Positions 30,064 through 44,489 of a stretch of 64,000 nt of DNA are shown piece after piece (position 1 is the stretch's first letter; the number at the start of each line of letters is the position of its first letter). The stretch covers positions 211,055,741 to 211,119,740 of the forward strand of contig CM041465.1 of NCBI GenBank assembly GCA_023213395.1. Direction: 5' to 3'. Origin of the DNA: Cycas panzhihuaensis. Its lineage: Eukaryota > Plantae > Cycadophyta. The notes below the pieces were generated by a model. The model did not search any database. It had not been told where the DNA came from and saw only the letters and a program-made list of their open reading frames with translations. The position numbers and the translations under genes are program-made.

Positions 30064-31955
30064 AGCAATTATAGAAATAGTCACTCCCTTGTATAGAAGT
30101 AAGTATATCCATCTTCATACAAACAACCATCGTTTTTAGGGTGTAAATTAATAGGGGTAGTTAGATGGCTAAAGAGTAGAAGATAACATAGGTTACTACC
30201 CCTATAAATATGGAACTAAACCCATACAAGATCTAGAAACTAAAGGAAGATCTTTCATATAAGGGAGATGATGGTTGGGGGGTCATGCTGCTTCTTCCCA
30301 AATCTATAATTGGTGGGAGTAAAACTAGTGTGCCTAATCTTTTTCAAGTTGTGTGATTATGTATTATTTATGTACTTTTATACATCCTTTTAAGTGTTTT
30401 GTTATTGTGCCATCTAAAATAATGGAGGGAATGGCATTCACTCACCTATTTTTTTAATTGTAAAATGTTTATACTATTTTTGATTAATTGAAGCATTATT
30501 TTCAATTAAAAAAAAGAATGTCAATTAAACCCTTTTGAGAAAGGGATCCTTAATATAGTTAAAAGAAAATGCTTGATATTTTAAAAAGATGATTCACAAG
30601 AATACAACCATGGAATAATAAAGGCAAGCATGTGAGGGAATCCTTTTCTACAAGGTTCCTAAAAGCTAACTTCTTTTCTTATTAGACAACTTTTTCTATA
30701 ATTAGCTTGGGACTCTTACTAACTAATATTAATAAGCAAGTAATAAAAAAATTATTATCTACTTTTAATTAGATATGTATTAAATCTATCCCCTGCCCCT
30801 CCCCCCCAAAATTCTTTGACCTCAAAGAATTGAAATTAGAAGGTATTGTTTCCTAAATTGGTCTACCTCTTATGTGGCATCCTCCTAAAATATATTTTTC
30901 CATTTATCTATATTCATGAATCTATTTATTTTGTAGGCCTTAAATATAACAGTTTAGAATGACCTTTGGTCCCAATACTAGTCATCCTTTAGTATCTAAT
31001 TTTGGTAGTAATTATTAGAGTTAATGTTTTATGTTATTTATGTTAAAGTTAGCATTAAGTGTTAACTCTCTCTTAAGTAGGTATACAAACCTTTTCCCCT
31101 CTAATAAATTGTATGCACTACTTAGTAGAAGAATTATATGATGCCATGTGGCACTCCCTTAAGCGGCTATGGATGAGTATAAGTATGTATATAAGTGAAC
31201 TCTTATGTAATGAAGAAGAACACTCTTTGAGCATTACATCATCTGAGTCACATTTCTATTCTAAGTTTTTCTACATTGTATTAGAGCAAGACAAAAGGGA
31301 CCAAGCTTTAGAGGTTTCATGGTGCTACACTATTTGAAACTAAGGGGACCACTTCTGGAGGCTTTAGTGGAGTAAGGTTGAGTTATTTTTATGACTTGAA
31401 AAAGTTATACTGATTGGTATGGAACCATATAGATCTACATAGGTATGTTTTCTTAAGTATTTAAAATCAATTAAAACTTTCCTAGATTGTTTGCCCTATC
31501 AAGATGAGTGTTTTTTTCTTTTAGCTTAACCTAAAATTTTTACTGCATCATTGAAAAATTATGTAAAAAGAAAAATGTGAGTACATAGCTTCATCTATTC
31601 ATTTCTCCTCATTTGAAGATCAATTCTCTAGAATATTAGTATTAATCTATTCTTCTTATAGAGAGCTTTCTTTTGAGTATAGACATGTTAGGTTTTATTG
31701 TTGATTAAAGAAGAAATATATATTTTTCTCTTTAATTCCCTAACTACTCCTCAAGCTTTTGAGGCCATTTTCTCTCATCGTATACCTAAAATTAACAAGA
31801 CAATTTCAAATCTAAATAGGCAACTAAAAGATCTTCATTTTGAGTTTTTTTTTTTTTTTTTTGAAATACTTCTTTTTTTGTATAGTCGTATAGATCTATA
31901 TGGTACCTATAGACACTATCACCTTCTGATCTTAATTATTCCAATCCTAATCATC

Positions 31956-34810
31956 ATGGCCTCTATATTTTTGCTTCCTAAATCTAAAAAACTAATTAGA
32001 GATAATTATTTTGCATGGAAAATTAAGATAAAAAATATGCTATTAGCCTAAAATGCTTGGAACATTACCACAAGATTGGAAACAAATCTTAACCAAATAG
32101 ATCCAGTTAAGTAAGCCAAATAAAAAAACCATGATCATCATGTCGTTACATATATTACCTTATCAGTAGTAGATTCTTTATTGATATATATAAGTAAAGC
32201 TTCTATTACTTCACAAGCCTAAAAGATCTTAGAAGCACTCTATCACCAGAAAATGAAGCCATGATTATATCACTAAGAGAATAACTCTATAAAATTCATC
32301 TAAAGGAAGGGGAACCTATGAATAACTTCATCACCAAAATTGTAGAAGTTAAGGAGAGTCTTAATGCTTTAGGAAAAATAATATCAAAGACTAAGTTAGT
32401 TTGAATTACTCTTAACAAATTACCAGAGTCTTTCAATACTTTGGTAAGCACTCTCTCAATAGGAGGACACACTACAAATATATCATTTAGCACCTTGTCC
32501 TACCACCTTCTTTAATAGGAGCAAAGGAATAAAAGGTACGAAGAAGAAGGAGATCTAGAGGAAGCCTTCATGTCCAGATTAAGAAATAGAGGTAGTGGAT
32601 AAGCTCAAAGTAGGTCCAAAGGACAAGTAATATTTGCACAAAGGAGAATTAAAGACTCAAGATCATGTTACTATTATGGAAGACTTGGTCACTTGCCAAA
32701 GATTACTATCATAAGAGGCCCGATATTGTTTAAGGAGAAAGACCTATAGGAAATTATAGTAGAGAGACTAGAAAAGAAGATGAAGAAGAAGAAACTACAT
32801 TTGTTACTGCCCTGGCTTCCAACACCAAATCCTACATTCTTTGCATAGATATATTTCTAATGATAGACTAGAAAACTCTAGAAATTTAATATGGTAACTA
32901 GCTTACATAATATCTCCTTAAAAGTAGATGTATGTGAAGGATGTTTATTAAGGAAACAATGAAAGGCCAAAATTTACCAATCCTCTTAGAGAGGCCAAAA
33001 ACCCTTTGAGCTAATTCATAGTAATTTATAAAAACCCATCTTTCCTATTTTAGTAAATGGTACCATGTACTTTCTTACTTTCATTGATGATTATAATAGG
33101 AAAGATTAGATATATTTCATCAAGAAGAAGTTTGAATCATTTGATATCTTTAAGGAATCCAAGGTACATGTAGAAGTAGAAAGTGAAAAAAAGATTAAAA
33201 TCCTAAGATTTGACAAGGGAGGAGAATATACCTCTGATAATTTCTATAAATACTACAAAGCCCATGGGATTCATATACAACTCATAACAACTTGCACCCC
33301 TCAGTCAAATGGGATAACTAAAAGAATGAGCAAGCCAATAACTAAGATGGTTAGGTGCATACTTAAAGAAAAAGAGGCTACAAATGTTTATTGGGATGAA
33401 ATGGTTAACATTGTTATCTATCTAATCAACAAAAGTCCCACTAGTGATCTAAATGATGTCACACCTAAAGAAGCATGGGCAGGAAGAAAGATGAATGTAA
33501 TTCACTTAAGAGTTTTTAGGTGTACTATGTATGTCCATATTCCAGCTGAAAAAGAATAAAATTAGATGTCAAATGCATCATGGTAGGATGCAACAGTAAG
33601 TGAAAAGGATATAGATATATTAATATAAAGATAAACAAACTACATATTAGTAGGGACATCACCTTTGATAAATCAACTTTAGAGATAGACCTTGAAAAGA
33701 CTAATAATAAAAAGTGTGCTCAAGAAGAAGGCCCAAATAGAAAAGAAGCCTCTTAATAATCAACATCTTAAGAAGTAGAAGCATTCAAAGCATCTCCTTT
33801 AAGGGATAACAATCAAGGCATAGAAATTCAAAGAGAAAAGATAATACCAAAATGGTACCTTAAAACTCTTAAAGAATAAAAGGGGAATTTTTTTAATACA
33901 GAACCACCCTACAAAAACAACAAGCTCTAATATGTAATATAGAGCCTAGAGATTATAAGGAAACTTATGCAAGTCAAGAATAAAATAAAGCAATCAGACA
34001 AGAACCCCATACCATATAGAAAAATGATACATAGGAATTGGTTCCTCCACCATTAGTAAAGCCCATAGTCATATGCAAATGTGTATTTAAAATCAAAGAA
34101 ACACCAAATGGCAATATTGAAAAGTACAAAGCTCACCTGGTTATAAAAGGGAATATTTAAACAAAATGAATAGACTATAAAGAAACCTTTGCACTAATTA
34201 CAAAGATGATCATCATAAGAACTATTATAGCTCTAGTAACTTAATTTAAATAGGAAATAATCCAATCAGATGTCAAAAGTGCCTTCTTAAATTGAGACTT
34301 AACTAAATAAATATATATAGAACAACCTTTAGGCTACATAAAAAAGGGATTGGAACATCTTGTAAGCAAACTCAAAGAGGCACTGTATGGATTAAAACAA
34401 ATACCAATAGTATGGTATGACAAGTTGGACACCATATGGATTTCATAAATGTGAATTAGATCTAGAATTCTATGTAAAAACCATATCAGGAGGTATGATT
34501 ACAATAATTGTGGTGTATGTTAATGATCTAATAATAATTAGTAATGATAGTGAAACTATCAAATGGGCAAAGTAACAAATAGAAAAGAAGTTTGAAATGT
34601 TTGATATAGTACCATTACTGGAAGTCTTCTCAAGGAATTTAAAATGGAAGATTGTAATATGTATGCCAATCCCATGGAATTGGGATGTGATCTTAATTCA
34701 AATGATGAAGGGAAAAGAGTGGATAAAACTCTTTACAGGAAACTGGTAGGAAGCCTCATCTACTTAATTGATACCTAATTATACATCTTATTTACTATTA
34801 GAGTAATATT
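31956..34810 (+). mobile_element. Degenerate Ty1/Copia gag-pol (gag, zinc knuckle, integrase, RT; protease deleted)
   Basis: NYFAWKIKIKNML gag start, CYYxGRLGH knuckle (~32666), VCEGCLLxKQ pre-integrase, YFLTFIDDYNRK and KILRFDKGGEY integrase, and RT motifs KCVFKIK..EKYKAHLV, QSDVKSAFL, VVYVNDLII. LTRs not identified. Confidence 0.85.
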
Positions 34811-36619
34811 AACTAAAGTAGGGTTAGTATATAACCTTAGACCTAATCTATATATAGGGAAGAAAGATGGTTGCTAACTAACACATGCCTTGAAGGCCAT
34901 TTCAATAGTTGTACAAAAGTTCTCCTAATAGCACCACAATAGGCATAATTACTCCAATTATTGTACTTACCCTTATGATAATGGAAACACAAACTTAAGG
35001 AGAAGATATCATCATACAAAAAATCTGATGCAAAAAATGTTACATTATTAGGAAGCAAAAATGTTTTCTTAGCATAGTAGCTATTGATCAATAGAGCAAA
35101 AGTAAAGGCCCAAGCTATTGTTGGAGATATTTTACTTGTAACTGAAGTGGAGAAGACCTACATTAGAATATATATATTGTAAAGGGTGTTTCTTGTATAC
35201 TAAAAATGGAAAAAGATGGAGGGAGAAGAAAGAACTAATGTTGCAATCGCATATCTTTTCTTTAGAACTTCTTCTTTTAGACCTTTTGTTTCTCTTTTGA
35301 ATCTTCTCTTCTTCCTTCTTTTTCTATTGGTATACATTGTATGTACTTATGATTGGGATTGGCATTTTGGTGAGAGATATTATAGCATTTAGTGGGCCAA
35401 ATAAGCTTCATGAATACTCGATAAGCACATCTATTACTAAAGGATCTTAGGTTCCATTATACTTTGTACCATTTATATATCAAGTGATATTATTAGGTAG
35501 AGCTTAAAGCACTCTAGCATCTAGTTGTATATGTAACATTTTTATAATAAAGAATATATTATCTTTTAGTAATGGTTGTTTATTTCATTTCACTAAGAAT
35601 TTTAGCTAATGTTTTAATGTAAACTTTCCATTATGAGAGAGCAAGGATCTATATCTTGTGTTGGTTCTCATTACCCATTGATAAACCTTTTATGTTTTCC
35701 TCTTAGTTTGGGCTTAAAAACTGTGAGTATGCACTAGGACATTCCAATGGTATTTACCATGACTCTACCTTAAATGAGTACAAAGGCATATAGGATGTAT
35801 GTTTTATCATATACGATGGGTTTATTAAATGATGAATTTTTTGACTCAAGACCAGTGAAATATAATTTTGAGTGTTGATTTTTATCCTTTTTCCTCTTAA
35901 GGTCTTTTCTTACTAGTTTAACCTAAGTAGATCAAGATATTGATCTTTTTTTTCTTTATTTCATGAATGTATGTCCAAAAAGTGGGGGAATTATTTTTTC
36001 ATTTTTTATCCTACTTTTTCTCTCATTTCTTGATCTTTCTTTCTCTCTGTTAGGTCTTTGCATACTTCCCCCCCCCCCCCTCCACCTTCACTTCCTCTTC
36101 ATACTTTCTTAAAAGATATTCCTTTTAGGAACCCAATTTCATTTCCAATCTATAATATATGTATATTAATGTATTATATAAATGGTAAGAGATGGTCCAT
36201 AACTACAGAGGATATTGCAGTCATTTCACTATTATTATTCAATTAAATAAAGCAAACTTATGTATACTAAATTTACTTCCCCAAGGGAGGCAACAATGTT
36301 TAGAGATGACAAAATGGTAACCTAAGTAATTCATCTTAGAATACATCGATAAACTCCTACACTATTGGTAGGTCCTCAAAATTATGTCTTTTAAGTGTTC
36401 CTTCTTTTCTTACATGGGCTATATATGCCATATAACCTTTCTTTAAAATTTTCTTTATTTGTGTAGCAAAAATTTGTCATTCATTAGATGAAATCTTCTT
36501 TCCTTAAATAATTATAGGCTTTCCATCATCTTTCAAACATTTAATTAATTTCTCATAACAATCAAGTTTTGCATGATGGTCTTACAACCATTCCATACTA
36601 ATAATTATATTATATTCAC

Positions 36620-37860
36620 TGTTAGAATTTGAACATAGAGCTCTCATACCATGTTAAAATTTGAACATGGAGCTCTGATACCATGTTAGAATTTAAATAT
36701 GCAATACATACAAAGAATATAATGGTGAGTTAAAGATATAACAATAAATCTCAAATAAGATAAAGTATGTATAAACAAATACAAGATATAGAGAAATGGC
36801 TAAGACTCAAATTAGAAAGAATAATAGTATATATACTTATAGTACAAGCTCACCATTAGTGAGAGAACCTCATTGGTCAATCTAGAGGCGACACATATCT
36901 CTGTGTGGTTCACAACCTCTAATATAAAAATATACATAATATAGAGAGAGATTACATTAGGGTAATTATATAATTGGGTATTACACCCAACATTTCCCCC
37001 CTATAACAATCAATTACATAATAAAACATCATATTAAATAATAAGTCTCTAGTCTTCAAATAAAAGTTTGATCATATGCTGCTGCAATAATATAAGAAAC
37101 TATTGATGTCCATATGAAGTAAAGTCCATCTACTAGAATACATGGACAACTAGCTGCTACAATCATTAATTGAGTAGCAACTTCATTTACATACATGGTT
37201 CAATTAGTGCTAACAAGGTGTCCCACCCCTTACTTATATTAGAATGCAAGTAGTCTTCAAATAAAATATGTCAAGTCTTCATATAAGTTAAATCATAATT
37301 TGCTGTAATAATATAATAAGCAATTGATGTCCATATGAAGAGAACATCATCCACCAGAATGCATGGGTCATTAGCCGCTGCAACTACTAATTGAATATGA
37401 TGTTCCTTTATGGATATGGTTCTAGTAGTGCCAGCAGGAGTAGCTATAAAGTGGTCTTACCCCCTGCTTATATGGAATGTAAATAGTTTTCAAAGGTTTC
37501 TATGGCCTCAAATTATCTCATAGGCTAAAAACATGCCTCTTTGGGCTTACATCATGCCACCATGGGCTCACATTATGCCTCTATGGGCTAAAAAATAAAT
37601 AATATTATTAATAAATAACTAGAAAGATAGATGTGACTCAAATATAATATGAATGACTCTCTCTCATATAATAAAGCTTAAAATGGGCTCTCTAGAGCAA
37701 AAAATAAGACCTTAGTACATGTTATCCCTCCTATTTGAGGTACATCATCTTAACAAATAACATGCAACCTTGAAACTACATATATATGCCTAAAGAAGCT
37801 GAAAAAAATGAAGAAAAATAAAACTTAAGACTTTAGACTGAGATTTCTACATAAAAATTA
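36620..37860 (-). mobile_element. 3' end of an LTR element (family copy 1): LTR 36620-36992 with internal PBS repeats, PPT 36993-37002, non-coding 3' region
   Basis: acacccaaca|tttcccccc junction. Homologous to 45917-47100. Contains a ~200-230 bp duplication (37050-37490) and ~21-bp repeats (37500-37595). Confidence 0.75.
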
Positions 37861-37914
37861 TTAGAATAATGTCCATTATATTTAATCTATGTGCAATTAG
37901 ACCTTGGGAACCAA

Positions 37915-37963
37915 CGAGCCACCACCAGCCGTCTTCGAGCCACCACAAGCCGTCCTCAAGCCA
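37915..37963. repeat. GC-rich 21-bp tandem repeat (x2.3)
   Basis: cgagccaccaccagccgtctt / cgagccaccacaagccgtcct / caagcca. Confidence 0.8.
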
Positions 37964-38659
37964 ATAAGGTAAGTTTATATTTTAATTTATTAATTTTTAA
38001 TTATTGGACTAATGATTGAGTAGAGGCAAACTCCCGCCTCCCCAAATCTATAAATATTCTAGGTCTACTACTCAAGTGTTTTTAAAAACTAGCATAAAAT
38101 ATCAAAGATTTATTATAATATTTTTTATTATGGATTAATGTGTATTGACCTGCTCTATCATCTATACTCTCATTTGGTATTAGAGAGAGCTCACGATAAG
38201 TGTTATGTTCAATATTTGTTTATTTTTTAACATTATTTCAATAATTTGCATAGTATTTTATTGAATTTTTTAATTATTTTCATTCATAAGCTTCAATTCT
38301 TCAAAGTTTCTTCAGTTTTTTGTAGCCATTACTGTCGTGCACAACCCAACATACATTTGGAGTGTTTATACTTTGATTTAGTCAAGTTTTATAAATATTT
38401 TAAATCATTTTTATCAATTTTTTTAAGGTTCCTATATCCTTCCAGAGCTTTGACAAGCTAGTGCTCTCTCCTCAGTGCACGAAACCTTATCATATGACTC
38501 CTCGTTGGAATCCTTGGTAAACCAACTTCGTAATGCAACTAACAAATCAAAAATTCATTGTCTCTATGTGGAAATCTCCCTCCCAAAAGCTTAACTACTC
38601 ACTGTGGCCAATGAAACCCCACTACTCCTCTTCTCTTTTACTTGTTTTCTCTTTGTTTT

Positions 38660-41600
38660 TATTAATAATAATGAACTTAGGTTAACTATAACTTAATGCT
38701 TCATTAGGATTAATTGGTGTGTGTAGGTGTAACTAAAGGATGTGTCTGTTAGCAAAAAGACATGATGAAGAGGCATGACCATATATGGTACCATTTTGGG
38801 GTATATTTATTTATACCTCCTTTGTATTCCAATCATCAACTCAAGATCAATGTGAACTCATCATCTTCTTGTATTCCATATCACCTCTCAAACATTTTGT
38901 ATTATTTTATATGTAATATATCAAACCTTGTGTTAGTGGGATTTCTACCCTAAGAGTTTCTCATGATATATTTAGTGTTCGAGTCCCCTTGTGAATAATC
39001 CTAGTGTGTAGCAGTCTCTGCCTCTGGTTGGCTTAATACCTAGCCTGCAACCTACATACACACATACTCTCACATAGTATCAGAGCATAAGAAAGCAAAG
39101 AATGACATTAGAACTCAAATATGAGATTGGAAATGAGTAAATTTATCACTAACTAATCATATTTGGAGATTGGAGATCATGGATTTAGTTGACACTGAGA
39201 ATAGTGGCCATCCACACTTGCAAATCATATTTGGCACCTTAGACGCTTATGGCATCAACATTAGAAGCTGTACAATGACGTTGGACTTCAAATCGAAGCC
39301 ATACAACAACATTGGGCTTAAATTAGGCATCGTAAAAGCAATATTATGTAGTGTATACAGAGCTGCTACATCTTTTTGTAAAATTGCATCGTACGAAAAA
39401 ATCATGCCCAAATGGAAGTGAATATTAAAATAAATATATATTCAATATATTAACTGTTATTGTACAAAAGGAGGAGTTGTCATTTTCATATCATTTGATA
39501 ATATTAATAGCTGTATCTCTTTAAAGATTTATCATTATTTAAAAATCAATGAATTAATCAAGAGATTACAGGTGCAATTATAGATTGATCATGTAAGACA
39601 ACTACCCATTTAGAGATAAATTACAGACTGTAAGTCACTGTTGTAGTTTTTCATAAATTAGCCATTGTTAATCATGTGATTAATATTTAATATATTTTAA
39701 TATCAATCACATAAGTTGAATGCAGTCAACATTTTTTTAAATTTAATCGTAAAATTTAATGGTGCAAAAATATTTGATCGATCTATTATTTTTAAAGGCA
39801 CGTGACGATTAATTTGATTGATCTAATTGAAAATTAATCATATATGGCACTTTGGGTGTCTTTATTAAGAGGAGAATACTCTAAATCTAATATTTGGCAT
39901 TAAGCTTTAGATAAAAGCGATTTATTCTATTTTTAAATAGTTTATTACATTAATATAGAGTTGTCTCATCTGGGATCGGCCCTAAGACACGTGATGCCTA
40001 TGTATAAAGTATACAACCTTTGTTAAGAAGTTTTTGATGTTGAAAAACATTGTTTAATACTATTTTTACTTCAATTAATATTAAAAAGGCATATTACTTA
40101 TAGAAAATAAGTCATACTTATATCAAATCTCAGTGAAGTGATACACAAAGTAGTAAATTAACCTTCGTAAAGTGTTAAAACAATAATAACAAGACTTATT
40201 ATCATGACTGGTAATCAAGTGGAAGAGAACTCAAAGTATCTACAAACATGGACCCTAAAACAACCCTATTGTCGCAAGTAATCTTTGATGGCACTAACTT
40301 TAAGGAGTGGAAGTCTAACATTGAACTTATGCTGATGGTCCAAGAGCTTTGGGACCTAACTTGTGAGGCTCCACCGAAGAAAAAGGAAGGGGAACCTGAT
40401 GTTGCACCAGATAAACTCACATGAAGAAAGCAGCTTCATGCCACTAGTCTACTGAAGCTCTCGCTTGCCCCAGCTCAAAGAGCACTCATCCATAAGTTGA
40501 ATATACCACACAACATTTGGCAAACCCTTTATGACATGTCTGAACAAAAGAAGATAAATCACTTGGTTATCTTATTAAGTGAATTGTTCAATTCTTGCAT
40601 CGAGGATGAGAGCAACATTAGCATCTACTTGAATAAATTGACTAATATTAGGAATAAGTTAGAGGGAATAGAAGAAGACCTGATTAGTGATAAAATTCTA
40701 TTCGCAATCATCATAAATAGGTTGTTAGCAGCTTATAGTACCTTTTAGACCATGTATAATATTGACAAGATGTTGTAAGTTACCTCATTTCAGAAGTTAA
40801 AAAGCCACTTCTTGCAGAGGAAGCTAAGCTCAGACATCATGGATTTGTGGGTTCGACTGATATTAGTCATGCCCTATCCTTAAAAATTTAGAAGAATGAG
40901 GATAAAGATAGGGATAAACATTCATATGAAGAGGTCACCAATAAAGAGAAGAAGAAATATAATGGTTCATGTACCTACTGCAAAAATATGGGCCACAAAG
41001 AAAAGGATTGTTGGATAAGGAAAAAGAACTTAAGGCAGACCAATGGAAAAGAGAAAATTATCGCATATTATGTACGAGTATCAACTAACTTGGGAACACA
41101 ACAACATATCTCTTCTAAAAAGTAGAGTTTTGATGTGTTGAACTAAGATCTTAGCTAGACAGATGTGATACTTGATAATGTTGATGTGGTACCAATCAAA
41201 AATACTGAAACAATTACAGTGAAAGGTGGTTGTCTTAAGAAGATGTAGTATATGCCTAAAATGAATCAAAATCTTTGTTTTACTCAGGGTACTTGGGTAT
41301 ACTCTCCCAAAGATAAGTCAAAAATAAAAGTGACAGATAAATAAATATATGAAAATCAAATAGATTTCTTAAGGAGTAACCATGGAAAAGCTAACAATAA
41401 TCACATTTTAAAGTTTTGTTCTAATTATGGTATTGAGTTAATCCCACATGATGGTATTGCCACACAAAGAGTTGATACAAATGCAACATATCCCATTCAA
41501 CTTTAGGATAGAAGCTGTGAGAACTACTGTTTATATTATGAACTGGATTCCAACTTCTATAGTTAAATGTATGGTGCCACATAAAAGATGGACCGTCAGA

Positions 41601-43080
41601 AGCCTTCCATTAAAAAAATCTTAGGGTGCATTAAAAATGCACTAATCTTTGATAAACAAATAAAGGAATCTAACCATAGTCACAAAAGTGCTTTTGTGGG
41701 ATAGTATGGAAATAGTCACAGACTATGGGATCTAGTGATGCTGAAATTTCTTCATTGTCAAGATATAAAAATCAATGAAGCATCGGCATACCAGTACAGT
41801 AATCCTCTATTAGTAGATGTTTGTTACTCCTCCTTCACAACATCTTCTAATCCTGCAAAGGTCAAACTCCAAGAGGAAGATGAAGTAAAAGGTAGAGGAA
41901 ACACCAGTTACTCATTGAGGAGATGATAACCTCATCTAAGCCATTGTTGGACATAACTGAGGATGTAACAGGAAGGCTAATTGAAACTCAAACTAGTAGT
42001 CAACTTCAAATAATGAAAGTCATTCACTCCTACATTCTTGATTCGTTATGGTAAATGAATCCTTCCTGGAAAGTAACTATGGAGGAGGAAAAATATTCTT
42101 TACATGGAAATATCCCTTCTATACAAATTGAACATAAGACGACGATTTCACCCGTTGATCAAAAGCTAGTAAATGGGTCAAATATAGCAGCTACACTCAG
42201 TGGAGAGTCATACCAAAGTAATATTTAGTCTACATTTCTTAACCTAGACTTGGGGAGATTATATTGGGCTCATTAAGAAAGGACAAGATAAACAATTGTG
42301 CCAGTTGAATTGCACTAATAGTACATACCATGTGTTTGATTTAGATTCATCATTAGTTGATGGAATATTATGACCTATGGAAGAACCTCTTAGTTTGGGG
42401 AAAGAGTACCTGAAAGTTCAAGTATAAACAACAGAAGCGAGATACGAGTCGATTATTCAAGAGGTGATTAATAAAAGTAAGATTCAAGTGGAATCTTCAT
42501 CGAACACTAACTGGGTTATGAATCAATTCATATAGCTATTAGATGAACAATACCAATCAATACTCAACAAGATCATCCTTGAGGGGGAATCAGTCTATAA
42601 GGACAGATCTCCTAACTAATGGAGCAATTAGTTTTGCTTCATGCCCTATTCACATTAAGGAGGGATATTAGTGATATTTAACTTAGGTTAACTATAACTT
42701 AATGCTTCATTAGGGTTAATTAGTATATGCAGGTGTGACAAAAAGACGTGTCTGTTGGCGAAAAGACATGATGAAGAGGCATGACCATACATAGTACCGT
42801 TTTGGGATATATTTATTCATACCTCCTTGGTATTCCAATAATTAACTCAAGATCAATGTGACCTCACTATCTTCTCATGCTCCATCTCACCTCTTAAATA
42901 CTTTGTATTATTTTATATTTAATATATCAAACCTTATGTTGGTGGGTTTTCTCTCTTGGGAGTTTCCCATGATATATCTAGTGTTCAAGTCCTCTTGTGA
43001 ATGATCTTGGCATGTAACAATCTCTATCTCTGGTTAGCTTGACACCTAACTTGCAACCTGCATATACACATACTCTCATA
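38660..43080 (+). mobile_element. Complete but internally deleted Ty1/Copia element (4421 bp)
   Basis: 415-bp LTRs at 38660-39074 and 42666-43080 (roughly 85-88% identical by eye), TSD GTTTT/GTTTC, PBS TAGTATCAGAGC at 39075, PPT aaggagggga-like before 42666. Confidence 0.9.
40204..41050 (+). pseudogene. Copia gag (UBN2 + CCHC zinc knuckle), disrupted
   Basis: FDGTNFKEWKSNIELMLMVQELWDL, ORF 40497-40748, and CTYCKNMGHKEKDCW at ~40970-41015. Confidence 0.85.
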
Positions 43081-44489
43081 GTTTCTCATCAAACCTTTTT
43101 CAGAACTTGGGTGTAGGCCTACTAAGAGTTAAACTAAGATATCTCAATTCTTTTTGTACTCTCTTAGTGCCGTGCACCCTCCACAACTCTCAAACACTGA
43201 AAAACTCTATTTTAAATTCATTCTTCTCCAATTTTTTTCTTTGTAGAATCCTTTGTAGACCTTGTGGCACACCCCACTCCCCTATCCAGTCTAATCTTAT
43301 GTCATATCTCACTCATTTCCTACTATTTTTTATCAATCATACCTCCACGGAGTCACCCATTTTTACATGAGGCATGTTGATCAAAATATTTTAATTTTTG
43401 ATTAATTTTAAACCTTAATAAGTTTTAATTAAGTTGTATTTCAATATTTTTAAAGTCTAGCCCCTTTCTCCTTAACTGCTGGTCACTAATTTTACCCATA
43501 TGACCTCTGACTTCAACATTAAAAAGGATTTTTCATTAAAAAATTAGTTAATTATTGACATTTCTTCAATCTGAAGGGAATTACTTGTTTTGTATAGCTC
43601 CTTGGTGTCTATCAACCACCCTGTGTAGCCCAATAACTGGTTTTATTTGTCATTAAGGTGACCAGTAACCTTAAGTCAAAGGGGCTTAACCTTCCCCTAC
43701 TTGTTTTGATGCCCTAAAGAGGTCCTATCATAGTTTCTATTATAACTTTTGATTTAGGAATCTATTTTTCGAATGCCTAGATCCATCAGAAAGGTATTCT
43801 GATTATCTACATATCAAAGTACTTTGTAATGAGATTTAAAGTTATTTTGTAGGCTTTTAAGGCAGGTGAAGTTAAGACTTTTATTTAACCCTAATTTAAC
43901 TTATTTTCAAATATTTTAAGATATTTTGTCATCCTAACTTGGCATACTTACTTAATATTGAGCTACTAATATATTGTTGACAGTTTTTTATCTATTTTAG
44001 AAGCTCATAATTAAATTTTATAGCTATTTATCCCTACTTTGACTTTTTAAAGAGAATGAGCCCTTTTGGAAATAAATGCTTCAAACTAGTGTACTCAAAC
44101 TCTTTATAACTCTGTTATAAAGTTACTAATTTATCTTTTAGCTTATAAACTTAATTCTAGAGCTCATTTAAAGCATATTTCCTACTCAGTTAAGATTATT
44201 TTACATCTTTAAAGCATTCACTTAAGGATATATCCAAAGTCAAACAAATGAGCATATTTCAAGGTTATATTCATAGCATACCTTGTATTTTTCTTTAGAT
44301 TAAAAGGGGTTCATATAGAAGAATATTTATTGTTCATTTATTCTTAGTGTATTCATCTATATAGTAAAATGAATAGAAGGCTTATTCTACTCCTTTTTAG
44401 CTGTATATTAAAGTTTACTTTTAAAACATCTATTAAGGTCTCTTTTATTGCATTTAAAGGTGTATTTACTTTATATCCCTTGTATTAGA

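Noticed and set aside
35119-35700. Candidate 3' LTR of the 31956-34810 Copia
   Set aside because: No homologous 5' LTR upstream of gag, and no PPT or TSD support.
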